Assembly (NCBI RefSeq): GCF_006345805.1
Contig: NC_043000.1
Coordinates: forward strand, 155,186,001 to 155,250,000
Direction of reading: 5' to 3'
DNA from: Octopus sinensis
Taxonomy: Eukaryota
Length of the DNA stretch: 64,000 nt
The translations under genes were made by a program, and so were the position numbers. Below, in pieces: positions 1-12,830 of this stretch. Numbering within the stretch: the first letter of the stretch is position 1; each line of letters begins with the position of its first letter. The notes beneath the pieces are model-generated. The model had not been told where the DNA came from, did not search any database, and saw only the letters and a list, made by a program, of their open reading frames with translations.

Positions 1-799
1 AGTATGTACACGGAAATTGAGAAATAATAGGCATTACCCCCACTTACATAATTAGTTCCAGCATACACTTCCGGTGCACCCATGAAAAATATTACAATTA
101 CTCAACAAATGTGCTTTCTGAACAAATTAGATGATATCACATTGCACACACCAGAATGAATTCCTTTTTACAAACAGAACTACAAACATGATAAATATTC
201 AATGACTCAACGGCATCAGTAGTAGCAGTGGGAGTACAACAATGCCAAAGCCAACGGAACAAGAGATCAAATTAACCCATAAATAGAATGACAGCTTACA
301 GACATCATATATTAAATGAAAACCCCCAACAGATTATATCAAAAACATCTTTAGCTACTTCAGATACAAAATTAATAAATAATGAAGTGGATAGAAGTAC
401 GATTTTATCAAAACAGGATCTGAATGACGTAATCGACCGTCAGATACAGAATAACTACTGAGGAACAATGAATAAAAAAATATGTTGCAAAACAAAGCAC
501 TGTCAAGTGAAGCAAAGACAGAGCGATTACTGAATTGTCCAATGAGAAAAATACAGACACACAACTTCAGGAAACAGGATGTGAGCATCAATATGCCGAT
601 AAGCAACACCGATACCCTCCCCACAAAATAGAGCCAAAGCATTGATAAATGATATGACTGTAAGCATATCCAACTCTTTAGTAAAACAATATTGAAAACT
701 GGCTAATGAAAACGATAGCTATAGTTAAAAGAATCAATCGCTCAGTTGTGTATAAACCATCCTGAATGCCGAAAAAACACAGTTCACGCCTGAAGATTG

Positions 800-950
800 C
801 TGTGGTGTAAAACTCGAGTCCGTTTAAATAAACTACACGGGTGCACTAGCGCGTATAATAAGTTTGTGTGCATCAGGGGAAAGGGAGATAATGATGATCA
901 TCACATACTTCTCTGCACGCGTCTTTGAGTTGCTTCTATTCCATGTTTTT
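800..950 (+). mobile_element. Fragment of the 3' non-coding region of a Tc1/mariner (maT-like) element
   Basis: CTGTGGTGT(A/G)AAACTCGAGTCCGTTTAAATAAACTACACGG...GATAATGATG..CATCA.ATACTTCTCTGCA recurs at 2617-2700, directly downstream of the transposase C-terminus. Confidence 0.55.
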
Positions 951-1128
951 GCTCTAAGCTTCTGCTTCATGTTTTTTGCCATCGCCCCTTTCTCTCATCT
1001 TAAAATAATTTAAGATGTAATATATTGATAAAATACTGTTTCAGATATAGTATTACGTCATTTTTCACCATGTTACTTAATTTACTAAAAGCATCTTATA
1101 TAGTCTATATTCAATCTTTTATTTCCTA

Positions 1129-1524
1129 CTAGCAGTATCGCCCGGCGTTGCTCGGGTTTGTAAGGGAAATAACTATATAAGCATTTTTAGAGAGTTATAG
1201 CCAAAACATAGCAAAAAATGCATTAAAAATGGAAAAAAAATGATGGTAAATTTTTTTTTAAATCGTTGACTCATCGTAGACATTTTTAGAGAGTTACTTC
1301 CTTTATATAATAGCGAAAAAAATGCATTAAAATGGAAAAAAATGATGGTAATTTTTTTTTAATCGTAGACTCATCGTGGATGCGCGCTAATACCCAGAAG
1401 GGCTCGATATGAATCACGACTATAAGATACCCGGTTTTGGTTAAACTGCATCGCAAAATGTGGGAGTAGTTAGGAATCTAAATCGTAGGAGACAGACACA
1501 CAACTTCACTTTTATATATAAAGA
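1129..1524 (-). mobile_element. Non-autonomous Helitron, copy 1
   Basis: Minus strand reads A|TCTTTATATATAAAAGTG...CCCGAGCAACGCCGGGCGATACTGCTAG|T: 5' TC, subterminal GC hairpin, 3' CTAG, inserted between A and T with no TSD. Internal tandem duplication of about 100 bp. Near-identical copy at 9463-9864. Confidence 0.88.
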
Positions 1525-1649
1525 TATATAACCATATTTTAATTTTTACCAGCTGTCCAAAGTATATATATATAATTGTCAGTTGTTATTAAGCAAGATG
1601 ACTGATTATGGTTATTTCACTCTAAGCATGACTATTGAATATGACTTTT

Positions 1650-2260
1650 CTTCATACTTATTTTTTGTTCAGACTAGTTGATTTCATAGTTCTGTTCGAT
1701 TATCAATTGCTTCAGTTCATGAGAATCTTTTCCTAAAATGACTATATCGTCAGCAAACCGTTTATGCATATTTCTCTTTCATATAAACGAACCTTGTTAA
1801 AAATGCATTCCAATGTTGCATTAACAAGTTTGGGCGATATCATATCCCATTTTTAAAATCCTCTTTTAATATCGATATTTTGCTATCAATATGAAGTAGC
1901 ATTGATATTCTTCCTTGGTTATAGATTTTCTTACTAATCTGCATACAAGTTTGATGTTTTCCCCAACGATGACAAACTTCAATCACAACCAGGATTTCAA
2001 TATTATTGAAGTTTACCTCAAAATCAATAAAACTAAAACACAATTATTGTCTATATCCTCCTTGGGTTGGAATAACTTGTTTCATAATCTACAAGTGCTG
2101 CTGAGTGACAAAAATCTGTTCATGAAACCTGTTTGTTCCTTTGGTTGATTGTAAGCACTTGGGTGACTAGTTTGGAAGGTACTGGTTCTGTATATTGCTA
2201 GGGTTGTAATGTTACCTTATATAAAGATGTGATGTTATCATTGTTCTAGCTGTCGATTTC
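1650..2260 (-). pseudogene. Degraded RTE-type reverse transcriptase fragment
   Basis: Broken minus-strand frames give PKEQTGF, CFSFIDFE, MISPKLVNATLE and RFADDIVIL, which match RT domains 2-5 of RTE-like LINEs. Many stops and frameshifts. Confidence 0.6.
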
Positions 2261-2311
2261 GTTTGAATTGATGCATACTGTAACAATATCTGGGTCTCCC
2301 CTTTCTCTTGA

Positions 2312-2700
2312 TCGCTGTTGTGGGGATATGTAAAAGATAGCGTTTATGTTCCGCCGCTATCCATTAACCTCGAAGAGCTTAAACATCGAATAACAACATC
2401 GGCCCACTCAGTGGATCGTAATATGCTGATACACGTCTGGGAGGAGTTCTCTTATCGCATTAATGCTGCCCGTACTGCAGGTGGTGGCCACATTGAGCAC
2501 TTGTGAGACAGAAAATAATAGTTGATTGTAAGTAGAAACTTGTAACTTAGCTGCAGTTTTCTGTTGCTTTTCCTATATTGAAATATTGCATAATGAAATC
2601 GGTTTATTCTGTTTGCTGTGGTGTGAAACTCGAGTCCGTTTAAATAAACTACACGGACGATAATGATGGTCATCATATACTTCTCTGCATACGTCTTTTT
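2312..2700 (+). mobile_element. Tc1/mariner (maT/DD37D-like) transposase C-terminal fragment with 3' flank
   Basis: LLWGYVKDSVYVPPLSINLEELKHRITTSAHSVDRNMLIHVWEEFSYRINAARTAGGGHIEHL* has the WGYVK...VY and terminal GGHIEHL motifs typical of this group. Confidence 0.8.
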
Positions 2701-3025
2701 GTATGCTTTAAAAGTTAAAGGTTTGAAGAATTCTGTCTGTAGACATCGCTATATTCGGCACCACTCAGACCCTCGAAATGCAATCAAGAAATTACGATGA
2801 AATATCTTGCTCCTATTACTTTTAGTTACCTCTCCCCTACTATCATAGATATGTTAAGATAGAAAGTCGACAATATTGGCATAATTTAATTGATGATTGA
2901 ATAAGAAAAAAAATTCATACAAGATTTAATGGAATTTCAGAAAAAAAACCCAGAGTAGCAAGTAACTGTAATTATGTTGCAACATGAGAAATATATATAT
3001 ATGTATGTATATATATATATGTATG

Positions 3026-3069
<44 letters not shown>

Positions 3070-3166
3070 ATATATATTATATATATATATTCTTATCAAT
3101 AAAAGTGGAACACTATCCGGAAGGTCTGTAAGCAGAAATTATAATCAGTGTGAAGTATTTAATATA

Positions 3167-4200
3167 CAGGTTCTTCCATTTGACTTCCATTTTATTCGGC
3201 GCCCATGCAATTCCCGCCACTTTTGATAATCTGTGGAAACAAGTTTCTAGCACGCGCTTGCAATCTTCTACACGAAAAGATCATACTCGATAGGGGATCT
3301 AAGCATTTCCAGACATGTTTAAAATACATATATTTATTGCTGAAACTATTTTAAGATTTCTCATTATGAATTCTTAACCCTGAAATGCTTAGGATTATCC
3401 ACAGGTGTAATTTATCTTGAATAACTTCGGCAACATGCATCTGGAACAGTTGCTAATCCTCTACAGAAATGAAGGGTAACTCAAAGTAAAGTGCTACTCG
3501 TACATCTTGGATAGTGCAACTTCATGTAAAGATATTCCTGTTCGTGTCCGGTAAAATACATAACACATTCAGCTGGTTTGTATAACCCTAAATTCGAAGA
3601 TGCTGTTTCCTTCACTATTCTCTTCTACAATTACTATGCCCATCAGTCTCACCCACTACATCTGCTATTTCAGAGATAATCCTCTCTAACGTGATTATTC
3701 AAATCACATTAGGTATAAAACATAATAAATAATCCTCTATCGTTTGCTGAAATAATTTGGTCCCCTCTTCAGAGCTGGGACATTATCAACTAGGATCAAC
3801 ACAACTGCATTACAATAATTTATTATGGATAAATCACATATAAAGTGGAATCGTTTGTTTATAGTTCTGCTACCAAAATCCTCCTCTGTGTTCAATGGGT
3901 ACAGCAAGGAAGAGACATTATAACCACATTTTAACAACTTCACTTCATGCATAGAATTGTCTAGCATTGTTCTCGAAGGTTACCTAACTCAAGCAGGTTT
4001 AGTAGAATTATATTGGCCTCTATAAATAGGTTCATTGGCTTAAGCATTTCTCTAATTTACGTCTATTGTTGCAGAGTTCTAATACTGTGGCCTTTATAAC
4101 AATTGCTTTGCTGACTAGAATATGCATTTCAAATAGTTTTATTGCACTTTTATTTCTTTTGAGCTGATAGGTTACTCGGAAGATGGCCACATAACATTAT
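3167..4200 (-). mobile_element. Highly degraded pogo/Tigger-like DNA transposon
   Basis: Minus-strand remnants KATVLELCN, LKPMNLF, VLILVDNVPA and CFIPN resemble DDE_1 motifs. TA|CAGG terminus at 3165-3170. Very eroded. Confidence 0.4.
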
Positions 4201-4422
4201 TTGTTTATATGAAATATTGCCAATACTTTGTTTTCAATATTTCCATCATTCTATGAGATTTCCCCTGCATCTTAATAATGAAACCTCATCGAAATGTTTG
4301 ATTTATCTCCTCTGATTTTTTTTTATCGTCATTTAGAAAAGTATTGTTCTGATCGTTCATGGTGTAGCTAAAATTTAAAAGAATTTCTTGGCTGTGTATA
4401 TGCTAGCAACTAGTTTACTAAT

Positions 4423-5008
4423 AATGATTTCAAATTTTGGTACAAGACCAGCAATTGCGAGGCAGGGGTTAAGTCGATTAAATCGACTCTGGTGTCCAAC
4501 GGGTACTTATTTTACCAAGTCGAAAGGATAAAAGGCAAAGTCGACCTCGGCGGAATTTGGACTCAGAACATACAAACGGACGAAATACCTATTTCTTTAC
4601 TGCTCACAAGGGGCTAAACATAGAGTGGACAAACAAGGACAGACAAAGGGTTTAAGTCGTTTACATCGACCACAGTACGTAACTGGTACTTAATTTATCG
4701 ACCCCGAAAGGATGAAGGTAGAGTCGACCTCGGCAGAATTTGAACTCACAACGTAACGGCAGGCGAAATACTTATTTCTTTACTACCCACAAGGGGCTAA
4801 ATACAGAGAGGACAAACAAGGACAGACAAACGGATTAAGTCGATTATATCAACCCCAATGCGTAGCTGGTACTTATTTAATCGAACCCGAAAGGATGAAA
4901 GCCAAAGTTGACCTCGGCGGAATTTGAACTCAGAACGTAACGGCAGACGAAATATCGTTAAGCATTTGGCCCGGCATGCTAACAATTCTGCTAGGTCACC
5001 GTCTTCAC
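4423..5008 (-). mobile_element. tRNA-derived SINE family A, trimer (head, three 184-bp units, tail)
   Basis: Degenerate A box and GAGTTCAAATTCC B box, central GCCTTTCATCCTTTCGGG...AAGTACCAG domain. Unit period 183-184 bp. 13-bp TSD CTAGTTTACTAAT at 4410-4422 and 5009-5021. Confidence 0.9.
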
Positions 5009-5865
5009 CTAGTTTACTAATGGTAACAAATAATATGATACTTATTTATATGGATAATAGTAAGAATAATTTTGGAAACAACACCTCCACACATACTTGA
5101 AGCACAGTCAGCATTACTAAAAATAATGATACACTAAGTAATTTTCTTGACACACAGTCGAATTACAGTAAAATTCTCTACTTATCAAAGTTCTTTTTCT
5201 CTTCTTGTTATTGTTGTGGTTCCTTATTATGAACTGCGAGCGGCGTGCAGTAAACATTGCTTCTTGGATTTTTCATTCGTGTTAGAACGAGAGAACCATT
5301 TTTTATGTCATTAAAAACCTTAGGAGAGTTATAAATGTTATTGTTTGCTACATGCCTTCTCCCACACTATCAAGTTTCATACATATGCAAGAAACAAATA
5401 TCAGTGTTACTCCGGATATTTTGTTACTTTCTGTGTAAATAGATGAATGCAAATAGCATTCATCATAGATGTAAGAGAAATATAAGTAGTGGCCTTTATA
5501 GAATATATGGACAGATTTTCCATTACATTTGGGGAGTAACGACTTTAATATTTATCGATTAAGTTTCTTGGCAATAGTGCAACCTTTAGTGAAAAATAAT
5601 ACCCTAAACAAACTTCGATACATTCGAGCGGATCAATGCCTTTCATTGTCTATGTTTACACGTGAAATTGTGTGTCAAAATTATTGTAGGAATACGTTTT
5701 ATATAAAGTGTAAATTTAGAATAATCAAAATGAAATATAAAATTGTTCCTTTGATATAGAGAAATAGTTGCCGGAAATCAAACAAAAATGGAAGAATATT
5801 GATAACGAAGCAAAAGAAGGGTAGGGAACAAAAAGAGAGAAAAACATCAAGCAATGATGCAAATA

Positions 5866-6210
<345 letters not shown>

Positions 6211-7850
6211 ACTGAGGCAGTCAATTAGAAAGATAGAGCGTTTGAAATAGAGATAAATGGGGAAAAACAGAAGAAATTAATTAAAAGAGAAACAAACAAC
6301 GAATATTGATATTTATTAGAGAGGAGCGTATAACAAATCTTTCCAAATATGACTGAAAACGGATACGTAGTAACAGAAATGTAAAATATATAAGAACTGT
6401 TTCATGAAAAACCGAGCAAGATACGAATGTTATCAGAATACGTTCGGAGTTTCGGTTCCTGACAAAAAGTCACGAAAGTCCTGTTTTTCCACTAAGGGTC
6501 TTAGAAATAAAATTATTGACTTAATATAATCATGATTTAAGAATAAAAGTAGAAGGACTCTGATTTATGTAACACAAATGAGTATTAGTAAAACATGAAT
6601 ATCTTTAAAGCTATTATCAAGGTAACGAAAGGAAAAAAGAAGAAAAATGCTAGATAATGGAAACTGGGTCATTTCTTCGGAAAACCAGAAAGAGTGATAA
6701 TGAAAATATTTACTCTGCTATTAAATTATTTGGAAATATGATAAGAGGAAATGTCTTTTCTCTGCTACCATTTGTCAGTATGCATGTAAAATAGATGGAA
6801 TATTGAAACCTCAGGGACTGTGGAATGACGACGTTCCGTGTTAAAATTTCAACGGGGTTTGTTTTACCTTTCATTCCAGCAGAATCGATAAGATAAACAC
6901 TACTCACTTACTGGTTTCGTTTTAATTGACGTCACCTCTTCTGATAAAACGTGTGTTTATGCCTATGTAAAAATATACGCTTAGAGCTGAAGAGCAAATT
7001 TATTTCTCTTTTGATGTTTGCTTTCTTTTTATTGCCTTATAAAATATTTAAACAATCGTTAATGTCTATTTTGTAGTCCTGACTCGTAGATTTAACTTTA
7101 TCGTTGTTTTAATTATTTAATATCTTAATTGCATCTTTTTGTTGTTGCTGGATATCTATTCGCAAATCTCCGAAACGAAAAAAATGTTATCCTAAGAGTA
7201 TACTTAATAATTAATCGTCTCTAGTCAGGTCTTTATATATCGAAGTTCAATACGAAGCAAAAGCTCATCCTTGCTGATCAATTACTCTTCTTGAGGATAT
7301 ATATCCTCCTCTACGCTTGATGTAATTAATTTTTATTTGTACAACATAAAACAGCAAAAGTTTATATTGCAGTATCTCTTCAGAAACTTTTTTTAGATTT
7401 TATCTGGTATTTGCTTCTAAAAATCTGGTCTAATTTTTATTGCCTTTAAACAAGCGCTTTTAGGTACAAACAAAACATTTGGGCAAGGACTTGTGACCTT
7501 GGTGGTCAGAATGATCCTAGATTTGTGGGGTTCTTTCACTGGCTTTAGCTGGGTTGCCCCTGTATTAGAAGGACTGTTCCATCCATGTTTTACATGTTTT
7601 GTATGTAATGCATATTTTTTACCTCATTTCCGCTATCTTCTCCTCTCTTCCACTCATCTTTTTGTGTAAACACCCGCATTAATTGTAAACTATCCTTGTA
7701 ATGAATCCCTTATCTGATGCGCATTTGGTAAGTAAAAGAAGCCACAACCACCATTAACCCACTACCACCACCATAACTCACCACCACCACCACCACCAAC
7801 ATAACCTACCACCACCTTCATCATTATCATCATTATCCTCCTTCTTCTTC

Positions 7851-8002
7851 TTAGTGAAGATGCCGACGACCGCTCGGTTCAAAGTCTCTCTTGACCGCAA
7901 GTGGCCTGAACTCTTTACATGAACACCACCCTGTACATAACTCCATGTCCCCCTACATGGCCTTGGTTTTTGCTTTTTGAGCCAAACAATTAACTAACTA
8001 AC
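7851..8002 (+). mobile_element. 3' end of a CR1-like LINE
   Basis: LVKMPTTARFKVSLDRKWPELFT* fits the FKxxLDxxW C-terminal motif, followed by a short 3' UTR ending in (TAAC)n. Confidence 0.5.
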
Positions 8003-8611
8003 TTCTTCTTCTCTTCCTTCCTCTTATTACTATGAGGCCCAAGCGTTACGGTGCCGGACAAAATGCTTAGTGGTATATACTCCTGTTTTATGTTCCGAGT
8101 TTAAATGCAACCGAACTTGATGTTTGCAGTTCTTTTCGGATCCAGTTTTAAATTCCTTTGTTTAAGGAGGTAGATTTTGATTTGAAGGAGTTCTAGTCGT
8201 TATTTCAAACAGACTAAGCGACCACATAGAGTCGAAATCGTTGAATCATCGATTCGCATAAAACGCACCTGTATTAAATTTTTGCATGAGTGTGGTATTA
8301 TTTCTCACATAGAGAACAATAAATGCATGTTTTTCAAACTGCTAATTCGACTCAATCCACTTAGCTCAGATTATGCCAGCAATCCACTTTATGCTAGTTT
8401 CGTAGCATCACTTTGAAGAATTTCACTTTCATTTCAATGTTTGTTAAGTTCTCGTAATGTATCATTTGATATAGCTCCTGATGACAACTTCCTATAGAAG
8501 TTATGAATGCTTTGCGTGAAATGCATATAACGACGAGCGTGCGCAGGCGCGTGTTTATTGCAGCCTTCATATTTTCAACTGAAATACATACAAATCTCAG
8601 ATTAATGTATC

Positions 8612-8652
8612 GCCTGTGTGTGTGTGTGTGAGTGTATACATACATACATACA

Positions 8653-8696
<44 letters not shown>

Positions 8697-8749
8697 ATAT
8701 GTATATAATGTATAATTGCGTGTGTATATGTATATATATATATATATAT

Positions 8750-8797
<48 letters not shown>

Positions 8798-8960
8798 GCA
8801 TGTATGTATGCATATATATATATATTATATATATATATGCATACACACACATATATATATATATAAGCAGATATCTATGTATGCATGTATGTATGTATAT
8901 ATATACACACACACATATATATATAAACAGATATCTATGTATGCATGTATGTATACATGT
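8612..8960. repeat. Compound TG/TACA/TA microsatellite with a 60-bp higher-order duplication
   Basis: The AGCAGATATCTATGTATGCATG / AACAGATATCTATGTATGCATG unit recurs at a 60-bp period (about 8843-8954). Confidence 0.9.
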
Positions 8961-9462
8961 ATGCATGCATATATGTATCTATCTATGCACAATCACGCAT
9001 TATATCATCGTGGTACGTTGAGATGGCAGTTAATCACTTGTGGTGCTTTCTACAAATTTTGGCAAGTGACAATGTGTCTTTATACTACGCTATTTTATTG
9101 CAGTTAAAGAATGCTCGGAGAAGGATTAATGATATACGAAATTGTCAAGAATATGTTACAAGAACTTCCAAAGACGCCGTGGTGGTGATAATAATGATTA
9201 TTATTTGTCACATTTTAAAGTATTGAAATCTAACAAAAATACTTGTTATTTGAGGTATTTCTCTAAAATTTATCTTCTTAGTCTATCCGTGAATCAATAT
9301 AAAGGAATCTTAAAAGCGAAGCCGTCAGCAAAGTTGTCATGTGAAGAAGTAATATTATTTTGAAGGCTGATGCAGAAGAGGATACATAATCCGAATGACC
9401 TTTTGCTGAGTTTCGGAAAATGGTTGGGTGGAAACGAGAAACCATGACTCATATATTATATA

Positions 9463-9864
9463 CTAGCAGTATCGCCCGGCGTTGCTCGGGTTTGTAAGGG
9501 AAATAACTATATAACCACTTTTTAGAGAGTTATAGCCAAAGAATAGCAAAAAAATGCATTAAAATGGGGAAAAAATGATGGTAAATTCTTTTTTAAATCG
9601 TTGATTCATCGTAGACATTTTTAGAGAGTTACTTCCCTTATATAATAGCGAAAAAATGCATTAAAATAGAAAAAATGATGGTAATTTTTTTTTTTAAATC
9701 GTAGACTCATCGTAGACGCGCGCTAATACTCAGAAGGGCTCGATATGAATCACGACTATAAGATACCCGGTTTTGGTTAAACTGCACCGCAAAATGTGGG
9801 AGTAGTTAGGAATCTAAATCGTAGGAGACAGACACTCACACAACTTCACTTTTATATATAAAGA
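9463..9864 (-). mobile_element. Non-autonomous Helitron, copy 2
   Basis: Same TC...hairpin-CTAG ends and A|T insertion site as 1129-1524, nearly identical sequence. Confidence 0.88.
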
Positions 9865-9999
9865 TAAACTGGACGCCTGTTCCGATACTTTTTTCAACTG
9901 AATTGATTCTGCTCGAGACACCTAAACGTCAGAGGATGATGTTAAACTAGGAATCTAATTAGTTTATGAAGTGTAAGAGTCTGTACAACTAGTTTCTGA

Positions 10000-10102
10000 A
10001 TAGTTTTCGCTACGAGGCCAAACATCCCTGAAAGTTTCATCCGAATCTATCCAGTGGTTCTTGCCCACGGACAAACAAGCAAACACGACTGAAAAACAAT
10101 AC
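10000..10102 (-). mobile_element. Partial Helentron-associated (HINE/DINE-1-like) element
   Basis: ACGAGGCCAAA.ATCCCTGAA.GTTTCATCCGAATC.ATCCAG.GGTTCTTG...CACGGAC.AACAA is shared with 10703-10800. Confidence 0.6.
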
Positions 10103-10120
10103 TAATGATGATAATAATAA

Positions 10121-10340
10121 TCACCCTTTCTACTAAAGGCACGAGGTCTGAAATTCTGCGGGAGAGGGTCCAGCCGATTATATCGACCTCCAGTGTTTTC
10201 CTGGAGAACAATTTATCGATCACGAAAGGATGAAAAGCAAAGTCGAACTCGGCGTAATTTGAGTTCAGATTGTAAAGACTGATGAAATGCCGATAAGAAT
10301 TTCGACCGGCGTGCTGACGATTTTGTCAGCTCACCACCTT
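10121..10340 (-). mobile_element. SINE family A monomer with alternative tail
   Basis: Head AAGGTGGTGAGCTGACAAAATCG, central CTTTTCATCCTTTCG domain, tail GTGCCTTTAGTAGAAAGG. Sits in an (AAT)n array. Confidence 0.8.
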
Positions 10341-10368
10341 AATAATGATAATAATGATAATAATAATG

Positions 10369-10451
<83 letters not shown>

Positions 10452-10463
10452 AATAATAATAAT

Positions 10464-10827
10464 AACAAGAGCACTCAGAGAGAGCAAACCTTCGCCAAGG
10501 TAACACCAATGTCTTCTCAACGGTTAGCAGGAAATTATTTTTAAAATGAGAATATCTGAAATAAACTCGACTGCTCTCATAAACGAGAATACTAGAAGTG
10601 AACCCGACAGATCTCAAAAATTAAGAAAAAAAAATGGAAAAATAATCCAGAATCCTTGTCCTATACCGGATCGATCCCAAAATCTAATCGGTTCTTGCCA
10701 GTCACGAGGCCAAATATCCCTGAACGTTTCATCCGAATCCATCCAGCGGTTCTTGAGTATCTTGTCCACGGACGAACAAACAAACACAACTGACGCAATA
10801 CATCATCCTTCACTAAGGCGGGATAAT
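10464..10827 (-). mobile_element. Helentron-associated non-autonomous element (HINE/DINE-1-like)
   Basis: Minus strand has 5' ATTATCCCGCCTTAG, a GTTTGTTTGTTCGTCCGT microsatellite, 3' subterminal CTTGGCGAAGG and a 3' hairpin GCTCTCTCTGAGTGC ending at CTTG|TT. Inserted in (AAT)n. Confidence 0.7.
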
Positions 10828-10843
10828 GATAATAATAATAATG

Positions 10844-10911
<68 letters not shown>

Positions 10912-10912
<1 letters not shown>

Positions 10913-11306
10913 GATCATGAAGAAAAAAAATGCTTTCTAATTGATGTATCAATACCGGCAGATGACAACGTGTCTCTAAAAGAAATGGAGAAACTTTCAA
11001 AATACAAAGACCTGGAAATAGAGGTAACCAGAATGTGGAATCTAAAAACAGAAACAATTCCTAGCATAGTAGGTGCATTAGGCATGATAAAAAAATATTC
11101 AGACAAATACATAACAAAAACACCAGGACTTACAAACACATATAACATACAGAAAATTGCACTACTAGGCACTGCACACATCCTACGCAGAACACTTTCC
11201 ATACAATAACCATCAGAGCATTACAACAAATCACAGCATATACCCAAGGCACACAGAGTTGCGCTCAGTAGTGAAGTGAAAGCACACTATAAAAATAAAA
11301 CTACTG
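10912..11306 (+). mobile_element. R4/Dong-type LINE family 1, 5'-truncated (REL C-terminus and 3' UTR)
   Basis: DHEEKKCFLIDVSIPADDNVSLKEMEKLSKYKDLEIEVTRMW...IVGALG... is a restriction-like endonuclease (D..P.D..K.EK..KY). Flanked by (AAT)n on both sides. Confidence 0.88.
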
Positions 11307-12040
11307 AATAATAATAATGGTTTTATTGTTTCACAAAACAAGGGGGAAAAAACAAGTGTGGAAACTAACGGCTTTGCTTTTTTCATAACCAAATCCAGCT
11401 AATGATAATACGTTTATGAAGGAAATATTTTGGCGATAAGTGATAATAAATTACTTTTAATATTAAGTGATACTCCATCTTGCTGGTATATCAAGTGAGA
11501 ACTTAATGTTGCTTGAAAGACAGGAAAAATATCATTATACAAATGTCTTTCAATTTTATTTTTTTTTTACTGAATGTTTAGGTAAGCATCAACATCGATA
11601 GCAATCTTAACGTCAGTAATGTAAATAGAGAACAATGATTAAAAAGGCAACAAAAATAGTTTATTTTCTGCATGAGAAGGTTTTGCAATAAAAAAGAAAA
11701 AATGAAATCGAAAACGAACAAGCGATTCGTGTGACATTTGGATACGATGAATATATCGTGACATTTCAATATCTTTATAAATTTGATACGTAAACATTAA
11801 TAATAATAATAATAATAATAATTCCCTGCAAGACGTTCAAAAATTTGTTGTAATTCGTACGTCAAACATATTGGGAAAAGCATTGTCACAGATAGAAAGA
11901 TAATCATCCATGTAAATATATTTTCTTTTTTTACACAACTTTTCGTAAATGAGGGATTTTGAATTTTGGATTTATGTTGACGTGTGTAGATAGCTAGATA
12001 TTGATATATTAATACACATTGACGAATATATATATATATA

Positions 12041-12450
12041 TTGGGTTGTCCGGAAAGTTCGTATCGATTTACAGTAGCTTACCGTTCGACTTATTTTAGA
12101 ACATGGTTGACTCCATTAAATAGGATTTGACTACACTTCCATTTAGAACACAGTTTAAGCTATCTTTTCATAGAAGAAGATTTATGTTCATATAACCTGT
12201 GTTAATTTTGTAACCATTTAAAATGTAAGATAAGAAAGTTCATTTTCGGCACTTGCTTCTTTGGGAACCAGATAAAAATTGCTGCAGCTCGGCTGCAATA
12301 TTCACTAGATATTGCTCCTTCGGATTTCCACTTATTCAGGTCTCTGCAGAATAGTCTTAATGGTACAAATTTCAATTCCTTGGATGACGTAAAAAGATAC
12401 CTTGTTGAATTCTTTGCCATGAAACCACCTCAATTCTGCCCAACAGTCAA
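12041..12450 (+). mobile_element. Internally deleted mariner element
   Basis: TA|TTGGGTTGTCCGGAAAGTTC TIR-like start after (TA)n. N-terminal DKKVHFRHLLLWE is joined to YSLDIAPSDFHLFRSLQNSLNG, the mariner YSPDLAPSDY motif. Confidence 0.8.
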
Positions 12451-12745
12451 ACCCAAGGAAGCGCCCTTCATTTATTGCTTTCTTTACGAGAACCTCTGCG
12501 AAGGAGGCGATCACTGTTATTCCATGTGATCAGCTTGAAACATTGTTAAGATATTAAGACATTTTCCTATTTTTTTTACATGAAACCAATGGTAGCCTTA
12601 ATTCAGAAATAAAGAAATTCTATCGCACTTATGTTCATCGTTTGACATTTACATTTGTGTGTGTAGGTAAGTTTGTGCAAACGAAAAATAGATCCCAAAC
12701 TATGGCCGTGATTTCGAAGTCTTGACTGTCGGACTGTCCGATTTC

Positions 12746-12812
<67 letters not shown>

Positions 12813-12830
12813 TTCTCTCTCTCTCTCTTT
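12746..12830. repeat. (TTTC)n followed by (TC)n
   Basis: Read directly. Confidence 0.95.

Noticed and set aside
1-660. A-rich segment with short frames such as MPKPTEQEIKL that resemble LINE linker sequence
   Set aside because: No diagnostic motif, and too degraded to assign.
8536-8552. TGCGCAGGCGC NRF1-like motif, also near 44960
   Set aside because: An isolated short motif with no promoter context.
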